A stretch of 64,000 nucleotides of DNA from Blasia pusilla (taxonomy: Eukaryota). The first letter of the stretch is position 1, and every line of letters starts with the position of its first letter. Of this stretch, positions 12,190-24,634 are shown in pieces. Location of the stretch: positions 21,638,001-21,702,000 of the forward strand of contig CM114271.1 of assembly GCA_050084515.1 (NCBI GenBank), given 5' to 3'. The translations under genes and the position numbers were made by a program. A model generated the notes under the pieces. It did not search any database, was not told where the DNA came from, and worked only from the letters and a program-made list of their open reading frames with translations.

Positions 12190-15100
12190 ATTCTATGATG
12201 TAATGGTTTCAAGTGATGAGATAGCTTGATTTTTCCGGACATCACGATTAACTTTGCCACATACTATTGTTTTCTTGATTGGCTTATTTCTATTAAACAT
12301 GTCAAATTTTTGTAAGAAAACGTCCTTTTGTACTTCTTTACTTTTGAATTTTGTCATACACAAATCATAATTGTGTGCAACTTGTAGATAATATGAATAT
12401 CCAAATGTGAAATAAGATAGAGACAAATCTAATGTTGGTTCCATGTTGTAGAGAGCCATGAGTTTATATGTCGAATGTTTTGCCTCATCAAGATTGAAGT
12501 CTCAACATTCTTTGTTTTGGAATACCTTCTTCCCATGCGGAGGGAAGCATACCTAAATTGTATGCGTACTGCATTTGAACCATCATTGGATTGGAAAATG
12601 CTATTTCAATAGGAATTTTCTTATGTAGTATATGAGCAAAGTGGAGTCACTAACTACAAACACATGTTAAACATTAAGAATTACTTCCTAATTCCACAAA
12701 CACATGACTGAAATCTATCAATCATGCTAAGAAATCACAAGTAAAGGAAATACATAATGAGTATTGATGGGATCAAGATTATGTATGAATAGTTTGACCG
12801 ACTACTAAAAATTCCAGAGGGGAAAATAGTCCTAGAATTCTTAAATTTGCTCTAGATCCTACTATGGACATCATCATATATCTCTTGCCATGGATAAAAG
12901 TCTTTTTAAACACAAGTAAACATTTACCCTCTACTTGATAATCTTGAAATTTGTGAATTTTTCAACATTAGAGGGAATGTGCATTTCACAATATGATGAC
13001 TACCTTCACTATAGAATACCTTATAAATAGAATGTTGAACTTTGATGATATTTCCATCCGAATGCAACCTAAGTGGTATGGATATAACATGGGAGCTTTC
13101 ATATATAAACTCTATGACAATATCTACGCTTTCATTAGTTGCACGTATTCCTAAGTCAAGATTTTTCATGAGAAGGATCTTCCATGTAATAGATAAAAAT
13201 AGAAATTGGTGAAATTTAGGCTAATCCAACCATATACCTATATTATCTAATGTTGTAGCATTATTTTCTATAGAAATGAAGATAATACTAGCTTGCCCAA
13301 AAAATTGATGAAGGGCAATATTCTTAAATGATTTCATATCAAAACTATGGGAGCAATTAATTATAATATCTTTAAAGATCAAGTCAATGGTCTTGTTCTC
13401 ATAAACTAACCTTTGTTATAGACAATTTTTAATTCGGGTTTAGGATGAATCATAAATATAATAAATTAAAGAAAATATAATAACTCGCAAACTATATGAT
13501 GTCTTATTTGGGTTATCAAGGTGAATTTCTTTATATTTTAAAAAATGACCAAACTGCTTAGTTGACACTATTGAGGTGCCCGTGCTCTCCACATGTAGAT
13601 TTCAAAATCTCCATCATTAGCTCTCCTCGACCATAAACGACCAAAAAAATGAAAAAGGCATACTTTAGGGTGGCACGAAGAAACAATAATTCGAACTTCA
13701 AAAATACGTATTAAATGGGGAGGAGATATGAATGAGAAGGGGTTCGCTAATAATAATATAGATTGTCCACATATGCCATGCACATTGTATTTGCATACAA
13801 TTAGGGGTTGCCATATATCACTTGACAAAAGCACTGACTTGTTAGGAAATGGATATAGACTAGCGGAGGGATTAAAATCATTTAATCTGATGGAAAAAAA
13901 TTGCAAAAGCTGAGTAATCATCATGAAGCTCTCATCAATGATGATTACATATTACATCATATTTCCTAAACTTATCATACATATCTGATATGATGTGAAA
14001 AATGGGTAATTCATCATAGATTGGAATATTGAATGTAAAATGAATAGTTGTAGCTTGAGGATTTAATCTAACTTTAGCAACTTGTATAGTTGCTAAAATA
14101 AAAAAATCTAACCTATACTTAGGCCAATATGAAATCATGAAGTTTATAAAAGTATGATTTCTCTATCTCGAGACAACTTGTGAGTAAATGCAGGCCAAAA
14201 ATAAGATTTCTCAATGTATAGATGATGCCAAACTAGTTTGGTGTTCATTGCGGTGAAGAAAATAACACGATTTATGCACAATCTCATCTTTAGCTGTTTT
14301 GAAGGTAGAATGAGTTGTTCCACTTTGAACAAGGGCAAGTATTTTACCTAAATAGATAAATAAAGTGGATATTTTATTCAAACGTGTGGAATATGGATAT
14401 TACTTTAGTGACTCCACATATTTTGCTATGCATAAGCTATAAAAAGATAGTCGCTTTTTATTACATTTAATAAGTCTTTTATGTAACCAATCATGGAGAT
14501 AGAACCATTTCTCAAAATATAAGGATAGTATATCAATTTTGGTCTAAAAAATAACGTTCTTCAATAGAATATTGTAGAAGAACTCATTTGTGATGGATAG
14601 GACTATAGTCGATAACTGCACTAGTCTACTTGTTTTATATACAAGACCTGTAAGTGTATCCAAATCCACAAAACAACCACCTTTCATGGCAATCATACAC
14701 TTGTTTACCTCATAACTTTTCCAATAATCTACAAATGACATATGAGATAAGATGGCCAATCTACAACTATAAATTTGAGTGGGATGAAGACACAACTATA
14801 ATCACTTATTGTATAAACTAATTTTTCCATAAGGAGCATTAAAGTCAATGTTAGTAATTATAATAGATCTAGATATAATATATTTATGAAGAGATCATGA
14901 AGGTGGCTTTATTGCATAAACATAATTATTCAATACCGCCCCTTGCAGTAGCTTTAATTGAATCTCATAAAGTCCTCATAAACCAAGTTGCCTTGCAACT
15001 TAAGTGCTACTAGAGGTTCACATTCAAGTACATATTTAATCAAATAAAATAACAAGTAAAAAACTTGTCACATGTTGCATGTTCATATCAACACCCTATA

Positions 15101-15400
15101 GTAGGAGAATAAGATGTGGTTTGAAACAAGATTCATGCTCTCCCAATCTGGACATATTTATCGTAAGTGATCGGGTCAATCATTGGATCGAGTTGCATGC
15201 TTGATTCCCATGGAAATCCAAGTTTACATTGTTTCTTGTTTGTGGGATTGTATAATTTTGAGCATATTGCACGTCTACAAACATGCAATTGTTCATGGAT
15301 AACAAAGTCAAAAAGCAATGATTGTGGTATGTTAGACATCGAACGGATAGAAGATAATTCTCTTTGTTGTAAAGGGTTAGAAATTAAAAGTAAATTTCAT
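12190..15400 (-). mobile_element. Heavily decayed Helitron-like Rep/PIF1-helicase remnant
   Basis: Minus-strand fragments include QLHVCRRAIC...CKLGFPW (Rep C-terminal-like) and PFPNKSVLLSSDIWQPLIVCK (resembles the PIF1 motif PFGGKxVxxxGDxxQLPPV). YYLQVAHNYDLCMTKFKSK resembles the C-terminal helicase motif. There are many stops and frameshifts, and the ends are undefined. Confidence 0.55.
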
Positions 15401-16179
15401 AAGTCTTGACACCAACTTATGACTCCTCATATCAAAGGATTATATGGCTATACAAACTTCCCCTCATGGTTGAAGAAGAATGGACAACTTCATCCATAGG
15501 GCCGACATATATGGACGGACAAGTGTGGACATGGATTGCAAGAGATATCGATGGGGCCCACAAATATAGCTGGTGGTAGAAGGCAAGGCAGGGGCATGCG
15601 GGACATTTCTTTTATAAAAAACATTTCAATACATAAATAATATCATAAATACACGAAACACATATTACATTCTAATTGGTATCAAAATGATCTAGCTCCA
15701 AGTTTTGTGATGTATTAGTACTATTCTAAACTAAATATATATGAAACCTACATTTTCATATCTCAAAGTTTCCATGTTCCAAAACACAAATGACTTGTCA
15801 AGTAGAGATTAAAGGCAAAAAACATCCTTTCAAAAATGTTGGATTGCGAGATTATTCCTTTTCTAGAATCTAAAGTTCCTAAAAGTTGGAGGTAGTGGAG
15901 TTTCTATATAAGAATATTATAGATATAAGGGGGTATCATGTAAATATTACATCAAACCAATATATCTCACTTGAACAAATGTTGCAGAAATAATGAAATC
16001 CTACTTTAGGAATAATAAATGCAAACATGAAACTCTTACAAATTATGTGAGGATATCAGAAGATCTTCAGAATCTCATTATTTGGTCTATTTGAATTCCC
16101 TAGGCATACAAAACCACATAGTCCCTAACATTGCCATGCGATGAAAATAGACATGCATGTAGATTTCTATTCGTAAATG

Positions 16180-16560
16180 AGCTCACATGCAAATGACAGT
16201 TGTGAACATGAAGGCATTCTTATTAAAGTGTGGATTTTGCATACCCTAATCTATGCTATGAGACGCATATGGGATCCACTACAACTTAGGGCAAGTACCT
16301 TGATACTTTTAAACAAAGTCATGACAAATCAAGAAGGATATAAGCATATGACGTATGTCAATTACACATACCCATGAAATGAACAATATGATAGAACATG
16401 ATTTTTTTGTACTTGTACATCTTGATAACGAGGAAATATTGTGAGGAGAACTTTTCAAATTATCAAATTCAACAGCAAAAATGAACCATCGTTACGCACA
16501 CTAGAAACTGATGAGAGGAGAAACCTTCAAGTCTAATTCATATGGCATGAGTTTGGAATT
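16180..16560 (+). mobile_element. Possible hAT transposase C-terminal (dimerisation) remnant
   Basis: 'gtgaggagaacttttcaaattatcaaatt' translates as EENFSNYQI, resembling the hAT CERNFS motif. A W-x-x-L-Q-L-like stretch lies upstream. The support is weak. Confidence 0.25.
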
Positions 16561-19126
16561 TCCTAAATAAATCAACAGAATTATACTGAAGGGCAATTGT
16601 GAGTGTTGAGTGCATCTACCCATGTTGAAAAATGGAGTTCAGAGGATTCCAAGAACTATATTGATTTAGTGGAAACTCGATAGTATATGTACATACTGGT
16701 GGATAAGAGAAATATCTCTTTGACCTAATTCTTAATCTCATATTGAGGAAAAATTTGATCAAAGAGCATGAAGACTGTACTAATACTAACATCTTATAAA
16801 GATTGAAATCGTATAGAAGTTCATCAAGCCATAGCTACATCTAATGTAGTGCAGAACGATGGAAGAGGAAGTGAAGTTTGTGGTTGAGAGTCAAATGGGT
16901 AGGTGATAGACTAGTTAGTAAACATGAGTTAAGCCTTGTTGTTGATTTGTGGATGATGTGAACTGCATGACGCTATAGAATATGAAACAAAAAAATAATC
17001 ATGGTTGCGAGGAACGCAATGAAAATATAACAAGAAATAAGAGATAGAAAATATACAAATTACTTGAACATAAGTTGACATGAATTGATGTGGAAGAGGA
17101 AAACATAATCAACAACACTATTAAGTGTAAGTGAGATAGATACACTTTTGACAATGTGTGGCAAAATAGAAATACCGTGGGAGCATAATCTAAACATTAG
17201 AACATTAAAAAAACATGGACTTCGCCTTGTTTTATGTGATGATTATGAAGCAGTACTAATGGTGATTGGACTACTTGCGTGCGTAGACAAGGGGTTGAAT
17301 GAGGCATCCAAACATATGTATTCTTTTACAAATTTGTAGGACTGACTTATGAGGTGGCTATAGTTGAAGGCCCATAACTTACCAATAAATATATAGATAT
17401 ATACTAACGGATATTGGAGGACGGAAGTCAATCAAAGAGACATACCTGTCAAGCGTAATACATCAACATCAAGAAATATTAATCTTTCTTGAGCCTAAAA
17501 ATAGCAAAATGCAACGCATGGAGATAAAAAGGTTTAATGCCTCAATAACCCACCCCCCTTATTCTTTACACACAAGGGTAGTTTTAATCTAACTAACATT
17601 TCATTACCTTAGGTCTATCATGTATTTAAGAAAGAAAGGGGGAAATGGCCAAAAGGACAAATCAGTGGATTTGAACTCTTTCACTTTATTGCAAAAAACT
17701 TGTTGGGCCAAAATAGTAGATTGAATTTGAAAAACTCAAATCAAATCAAAAGTAACCTTATAGATGCCATCTAATTACAACATGCCAATTGTGTCTCATT
17801 GAAAGAAGAATCTAGCGTAGAGAAGTCCTTCCAGATAAAAGAAGGCCAAGAAGTGTGGTGTATATCTTACAAAACCAATCATAAACGATAGGAAAAAGTC
17901 AAAGTGGTAGCTTGTAGCCTCATCGCGTAATTTATACAAGACTTTAGAAATGATAAAAGAAAGTAAACAAAGAAAGGAAGAAGGATAAAAGGGTAGGATG
18001 AAGTGTAGGAAACCTTATTCTTTGGTGAAGGCCAATCAAGAGAGGAACAAGATCTCTCACACGTCGATATCGTCAATTATAGTGAGAAACTCTAAAGAAC
18101 CGATACAACAAAGAAAACAAAGAAAAAAATGAGTACGGTGAAGTATGGAAATCTATTACTTATGTTACAGCTAATTGAGGGATGAATGGACTATCATACT
18201 TTTAGATGTTATGGAACACTAGATCCAACCAAGTAGATCACTTATATTTTGAATGAGACACATTTTAGAAAAAATGCCAACACAAAAATGGTTTTCTAGA
18301 TCCCTTAAAACCATTATTTGGAACAATTTTTTTTAAATGAGCGGGAAAACTAGCCTCAAAATAGACCTTCAAATAACTTGCACCAAAATCGGAAATGCCC
18401 CAATTTTTTACCCTTGAAATTGACGGAGGAAAATTCCTTTTTAGACAGAATTTGGAAATTATCAAACATCATATATTGTAGGACCGGTCAATTCTACACT
18501 CACAAATCTCAAAAAGTGCCTCTCCAAAACAATGATATTAGAAAGGTGTTGAGCGTCGATATTTTCCCCAAATTTGTAAACAATGAAATCATGTCAATTT
18601 GTTAGTTCCTTTGATTATCTACACTCTTATCGAAAAATAGGCGGTTACTAAAAGGTGAAAGAAAAAATTTGATGAAGGGATGCTAAAAGAAGTGAAGCTA
18701 ATAGTGTTATTTCGTGCCTTGTTTGGCTCCTTGTATTTTTTTGAGTGCTACTTTATTTAGCACTAAGATATTAAGTCACGCAATAGTCGTTCCTTTTTTC
18801 TTGTGTTAGATTTTATTTTGAGGAGTTTTAATCGGACATATGTCAAAGCAAAAGTTGAGGGAGTGACAGCTTGTCACCTACAAACACCTATTACCCACAC
18901 ACATACGTTCGAGTCTTTTTTAGAGTTAAAAAACTCTTCACTTCCCACTTTAGAGAAGGAAGTGGAGGTGACTGTATGCGGGTTAAGCAAGAGGAGGAAG
19001 CTAGTATTAGCCGAGGAGGAAGGATTTGCAAATGCATGCAATTGCGCTCCTCATCTTTCACATTGTTAAATCTGAATCTGCACCTGAATTGCAACTTCAT
19101 CAATTGACCAGTGGTGAGACCTGTAG

Positions 19127-19127
<1 letters not shown>

Positions 19128-19219
<92 letters not shown>
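19128..19219 (+). repeat. (CT)46 microsatellite
   Basis: An uninterrupted CT dinucleotide run is seen directly. Confidence 0.98.
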
Positions 19220-19223
<4 letters not shown>

Positions 19224-19561
19224 TACGACATTGAAACCTCTACCGGTCTAGTGAATCCAGATGATGCATTGACAATCTTCTTCCGCGCTCTCTGTCACCG
19301 AGTTATAACACATTGAAACCTTTGTCGCTTAGTTGATTATCAGGGCTTCATTAGGTGCTGGAGAGTCTCAGAGAGTGGTTCAGTAGGTGGTGGGAAGTAT
19401 GGGAGAGACACTTTGATCTTTTGTAAACTTTTTCATGCGCATACATATTGCTACATAACATACTTCGCTGGTCACATCTACACCACACAATACCGATCTT
19501 CCCCACACACGGGTAGATCCACACATGTACAGAAATTAACTCATACATATACATATAGATC

Positions 19562-20080
19562 AAAAAAAAAAATTAAGAGTAGTAAGAACGGCACACTCGG
19601 CCTAAAACTCCACTCCTCAATCTATATCGGCATATCGAGCCTCGTGCACCCTACGCTATCAAGGAATCCGGATACTAGCACCCTAGTCCTATCTCACACA
19701 CATACAAGAGAGGTGATCCAACGACCCAATATGAGGAAAGAGACTGTCAGACAGAGATCCAAGAGAGTTCAACAGCAAGGAGAGTGAGAAGGGCCGTGGG
19801 GAGAGGCAATTGGACCGAGTGCAAATGAAGTTGGAAGAAGGGGTGGTATTGAGATGTGAGAGGCGGAGAGTCAGGGAATTGACGACGTATGTGTGTGGCG
19901 AGAGAGAGCAGGAGGAGGAGCAAGGGAGCAATGATCGGCCATTGGCTGCTGCCGGGCTATGATGGATTGCTGCCATTTCTGTTGTTTGTGCTCACGTGTG
20001 GGGAAAGATGGCTTGGGAAAGCCATCTTCCTCCCTTATATAGGGTTGAGAAGAGCCAAAAGGCTCTTCCCCTAAAAATAG
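19562..20080 (-). mobile_element. LTR fragment, inverted homolog of 32505-32757, with a ~270-bp extra block
   Basis: 19572-19735 and ~20015-20080 match the reverse complement of 32505-32750, including the 'ccctatataag' TATA region and 'gaagagccttttggctct'. Confidence 0.75.
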
Positions 20081-20104
20081 TCAACACCTCCTCCGGTGCA
20101 CCAA

Positions 20105-21410
20105 CGTACATGTTATCTCCAGGATGAAACCTCATAATCCCTAGACGATAACCTCCTCCACGAATGGTCACGTACCTCAATGTATCTCTATGCTGAGCAA
20201 TAGCTAAGTTCTCAAAGGTCATAGGCATAACTCTACAAAAAATCTCCGCTCTCTAAGAACACACTTATACCCACACATCTGGATCATCAAGATCTAACAC
20301 CTCCGCCATGTCACGTCGAATAGCTGCAGGTAAATATGGCTCTCTCCCAAAGAGCAAAAAATATAGTGAAAATGACGCCAAGGATGCCTGCCGACTAAAG
20401 CGATAACCCATGGCCAACCATGGCAACTGTAGGTCCCACTCCCTCAACTGTCCCCGTTGCAAGTCATACTTGCGCAATCCTCTCTTCATCGTCTGTACTA
20501 GTCTCTCCGCCAATCCATCCGCCTCAGGATGATCTCTGGACGTGGTGCGGTGATCTATCAACGCCTCATCACACAAGGCCTGAAACTTGCCCCTGAACTT
20601 GGTACTCTGGTCAATCAACACCTCCTCCGGTGCACCAAAGTGACTAAGCACACGATCTAGAAATGCATAAGCTGTTCCTTTCCTCGCCTTGTCCGGTTGT
20701 GCCACCAACTCTATCCACTTGGAGAAATGCTCCACCATGACCAACACGTACCTGTGATGGCGTCCCGTCAATGGCAAAGGTCCCGCAAAGTCTAAACTCC
20801 AACGATAACCTAAACCCATAATCGGCAAAGGATGTAACTGCGGAGTGGGAGCATTGAAGGATGCTCGTACTCTGTCACATACCATACATCTAGCCACAAA
20901 CTGCTGTACCCTTGTATGCATGCCGCGCCACCAATATTGAACTTGGAATAAGCTGTAAGTACGCTTTACTCCAAAATGCCCCAACTCCTTATGGGCATGT
21001 TGCACTACACATGCTCTATGGGAAGGATGAGGCACCACTTGTATCCTACCATCTCCCCATACCCGCAAAATGTGAGTCCCCTCCCACCTGAACCTCTGGC
21101 TCTGTGTAGGATCCGATCCCGCTCCCTAGCACTCACTATGCTCGCTATGACGCCAGTGCGCACGAACTCCACAACCTCCACCTCATCATGGATATCACAA
21201 CCACTTGTCGCCTCCTCATTGACCTCCGGATCCAAAGACTCATCATCCAACCCCACCACTGGAGTCATCACGTGTGAGTGACCTACCATAGTCAACCATC
21301 AAAGATAGGCATATGCATGCCAACCGGGCACCATCTCCTCATCACTCTCTCCATGCCATCGAGCTTTTGTGTCGTCTCTCTGACTCAGACATGGATTACG
21401 ACTAGCTCCT
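20105..21410 (-). mobile_element. Ty3/Gypsy pol fragment (RNase H-integrase linker plus integrase); same family as 58.3-61.4 kb
   Basis: The HHCC zinc finger is HAHKELGHFGVKRT...CMVC. The DDE core is WSLDFAGP / VLIDQS / GLAERL. It is colinear with 59760-61050 and truncated at both ends. Confidence 0.92.
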
Positions 21411-21649
21411 AAATTTTGATAGGACCAGACCTTGTAGTTGTAGCTATCGTTTGGTTCAATTGTCAAAAATTGAATGCTTTGATTTTTGTAAGGAATAGAC
21501 ATTGGGAGAAGACATACCAAGTAATTGCGTTCCAACAACATTTACTTTTCAAACATTTTTCATGATACTTTGGTGTCGCACAATTTTTTTTTTCGAGGAT
21601 GTATTTCAAAACTTTACCGCAGAGTTGGCACATAATTAAGGTGGGGAAG

Positions 21650-23040
21650 TAGAAGGCATGGTCCCTATTTGGTTTATCAACTGAACTTCATCTATCTCAT
21701 AGATTTATGACACTACATGGAGGAATGTGTGCTCTAGGATTTTTTCTTGATGGTGATGACTTTGTTTCAAGCTTCATCGTGGCAACACGTACAAAGGATC
21801 TACTTTATGTTGATGAGCCCATGAAGATTAGTTATCCTCAAGTCACTTTTGACATCCTCTCCCCTTTTTTTACTAAACACTGTGGTTATATCATTAGAAA
21901 TGTTCAGATATCTTTTCAACTCCTTATTCTTCTTAAATCTTTTGATTGGAGGGTCTACAAGTGTTTGGAGATCAATTAGGAGTGTATCCTTTGAGTGCCT
22001 TGTCGGTGGTCTAGCCCACCAATATTTCTGTTGGCTGATCGCCTTTCACGGTGTGGGTCTTACAAAGTTAGCCCCCCTTTCAACTGTTTTTAGGGAGTTA
22101 GGAGCATTCCTCCTTTGCTTCAAATTCTTTGTTAGAGATCAACCCTTCCAACTACCGTTTGTGTCTCAAGTAGAAGAGGGCTTCTTTCCCTTGTAGTCTT
22201 TTCGAAGAGCTTGTAGAGATTGCCTTGTAGAGGAGGCCAAGGCTATTCTATGGGCTTTCTCCTCTTTAGTTATCTACTAGTATAATGCCCATGGAAAATT
22301 TTCTTGGCATCCATTTAGTCTTTGGTCCTTTTCATTTAAGAACTCCTTAAACACGTGTCAACAATAGAAGAGCTTTGAAAGGGCATGTGTCAATAGCGGA
22401 GGAGGGTTTCCCTAACCCCATCCTCTCTTAATGATCTGGGCTCCAATCTTTTTTGATGGATGCCCATTTTTAGAGATACTAAGTCAAACAAAAATATTCC
22501 CTTTAGGCTTGAATTTGCTTGTACCCGAAGAAGAGGGGTTGGCTTATGGATGGGTACTCTCCACCTCACTTTGGCATTCCCTATTGCATCACTTCTCTTT
22601 ACAATTGCGATATGTCCTCCCCTAACCATTTGTGATTAATCCAGAATATTGTGAATGTTTTTGAAGGTTGGATCCTCGTGGTGTGCATTTGATCCTCGTT
22701 GGCAGGTTGTCTAGTTGGTGATAAGTGGATAGTTAGGCACAACGCTATATGGGATAGCATGTTTTGTTTTGCTCATGAGAGTGGCTTCCATGCATATAGA
22801 GAGAGTTGCCCTACTTTGTGGAGATTCCCTCATTCGAGTGGATGTCTACATAAGAGGATACATTATAGTTATAAATACTACATGAGAGTCAATTTGGGCA
22901 TTTCTGGGAGATTACGTTTCCGAGCGATGGCAAGGGCATAAAGAAGACTTAGCTTTATGTTTGTCATCACAGAGGACATCAATCCATCCCATCAGCTATT
23001 AAAATATATGGAACTTCGCACATGAGGTTTGAGGCTTAAG
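21650..23040 (+). mobile_element. Decayed CRE-like non-LTR retrotransposon, 3' part (RT thumb plus restriction-like endonuclease)
   Basis: Fragments include GGMCALG, IVRHNAIWDSMFCFAHESGFHAYRE (C..RHN motif of the RLE region) and HQSIPSAIKIYG. It is homologous to 48550-49190 and 49970-50500. Confidence 0.6.
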
Positions 23041-24634
23041 TGACTAAATGTACCCATAAATAATTTCCACTTGAGAAATATGTTTTACGTGGTTTTAGTG
23101 CTCTTAAATTATAGCAATAGGTCTCCATTGCTTCGCAACACTCCAAGGACTTCAACAACAGGTTCATGCTATGGGAGGGAGTGTTGTGAGAAGTTTTGGT
23201 AGCCTTGTTTTTATACCTGTTATTCATGGTATTTTCGCGATAGATGAAATTAGATCCCTCTTTTTCTTTCTTCACTCTCGGTCAAGTGTCCTCTATCAGT
23301 CCCGATTCCTTGTACTTCCCAAATAGTCCCCCATCTTTAGCCATAACCTACATCTCACTTGCTCAATTGGCACCGCATATTCTGCTTAGTTCTCTCAAAG
23401 CAACTCCATTGCCCATAAATGATAGGGCAGGTAGATTCATTCAAGTTCCAAGGCACTACTACTAAACCGAAACTTCACTTCATCTATGGGATGGCAAAAA
23501 GAGCAAATGTGCAATGCCCAAAAAGTCTGCAGAGGGCTTATGAAGATGAAGCAAATGTGACTCAAATATGCCCTGCCATCTCAATGTCCTAAGCATCAAT
23601 ATATGTTCATTCCTCCTGCAAAGAAAGTGTCCCCAACCCCTGCACCTAGAGGCTGCGTTAGTACCACAGGTGGAGGTGGGCCCATTTAATAACACATCTG
23701 CTGATTGAGAGTGGTTTTCCCCTTGACCTTCCTGTTTGAGTCGGTTCCATGACTTCATTAGCCCATTCAGATTGTACTAAGATGAAAAAGATACGTATGA
23801 ACTTCACTACTCCATTCACGTTTTGGCGACCCAGAAAGTGTAGAGCCTTCAACAGCCATTAAAATGGAGAGATAAATCAAAACACATAAATGTAAAACTT
23901 GTCCTCTTTATCATCAAGAGGATTACCTCAGATGCCCTTATTTCAAAAGTCGAGGATTTTTTCGTTCTGAAAGCAATACAAGGGTAAAATGTTTCCCGTA
24001 TGGGCCTCAGGCACACACCAAAGCAAGGTTAGTATAGCTTGCAGGTAGTCTTACAAACAAAGTGAAGATTATGAATCCCATTCTGATTGTCTCTCAACCA
24101 AAAGAATTAAATCAGGGATGGAAGTGCAATGTGTGGAAGGGCTTTGTCGCCCATTCTATATTCCAAGAAATTATCGAGTTTGATCACCCGAACAGGGGGT
24201 GTGCACGACGCTAGTCTACTATTAGACCTCAAATGCTGCAAGCAGGCAAACTCAGCCCACTAGAGCTAGAATCTATCTGGAGTAAGTACACAAAAGAAGT
24301 GTGCTGAAACCATGATCGAAACTCAAAAGGAACTTCTTGTGTGTACTCACAAGCATTGCTAGCATCTATCTCTATCTACTATGCTCCACTGACTGGAAGT
24401 CCTCCCACAGGACTTTCCGTATGCAGGTAGCTGCTATACCAAGAATGAATTTCGTAAATAGTAGTGATATCTTGACACTAATTTTTTTTCAGTCGGCTTG
24501 TCAAGATTCTTATCTTTCAAAGTTACCAGTCAGGTGTAATCAAATATGGTGGTCCCAAGTTCTACAAAACTTGATGGGGCAACCCCAAGTTAGAGTGTAG
24601 CTGGAGGCTTCTTTACATCAGAGTCACACCTGCA

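Noticed and set aside
19026-19316. 96-aa ORF with a poly(SL) tract (also 39400-39747)
   Set aside because: It is the translation of a CT microsatellite.
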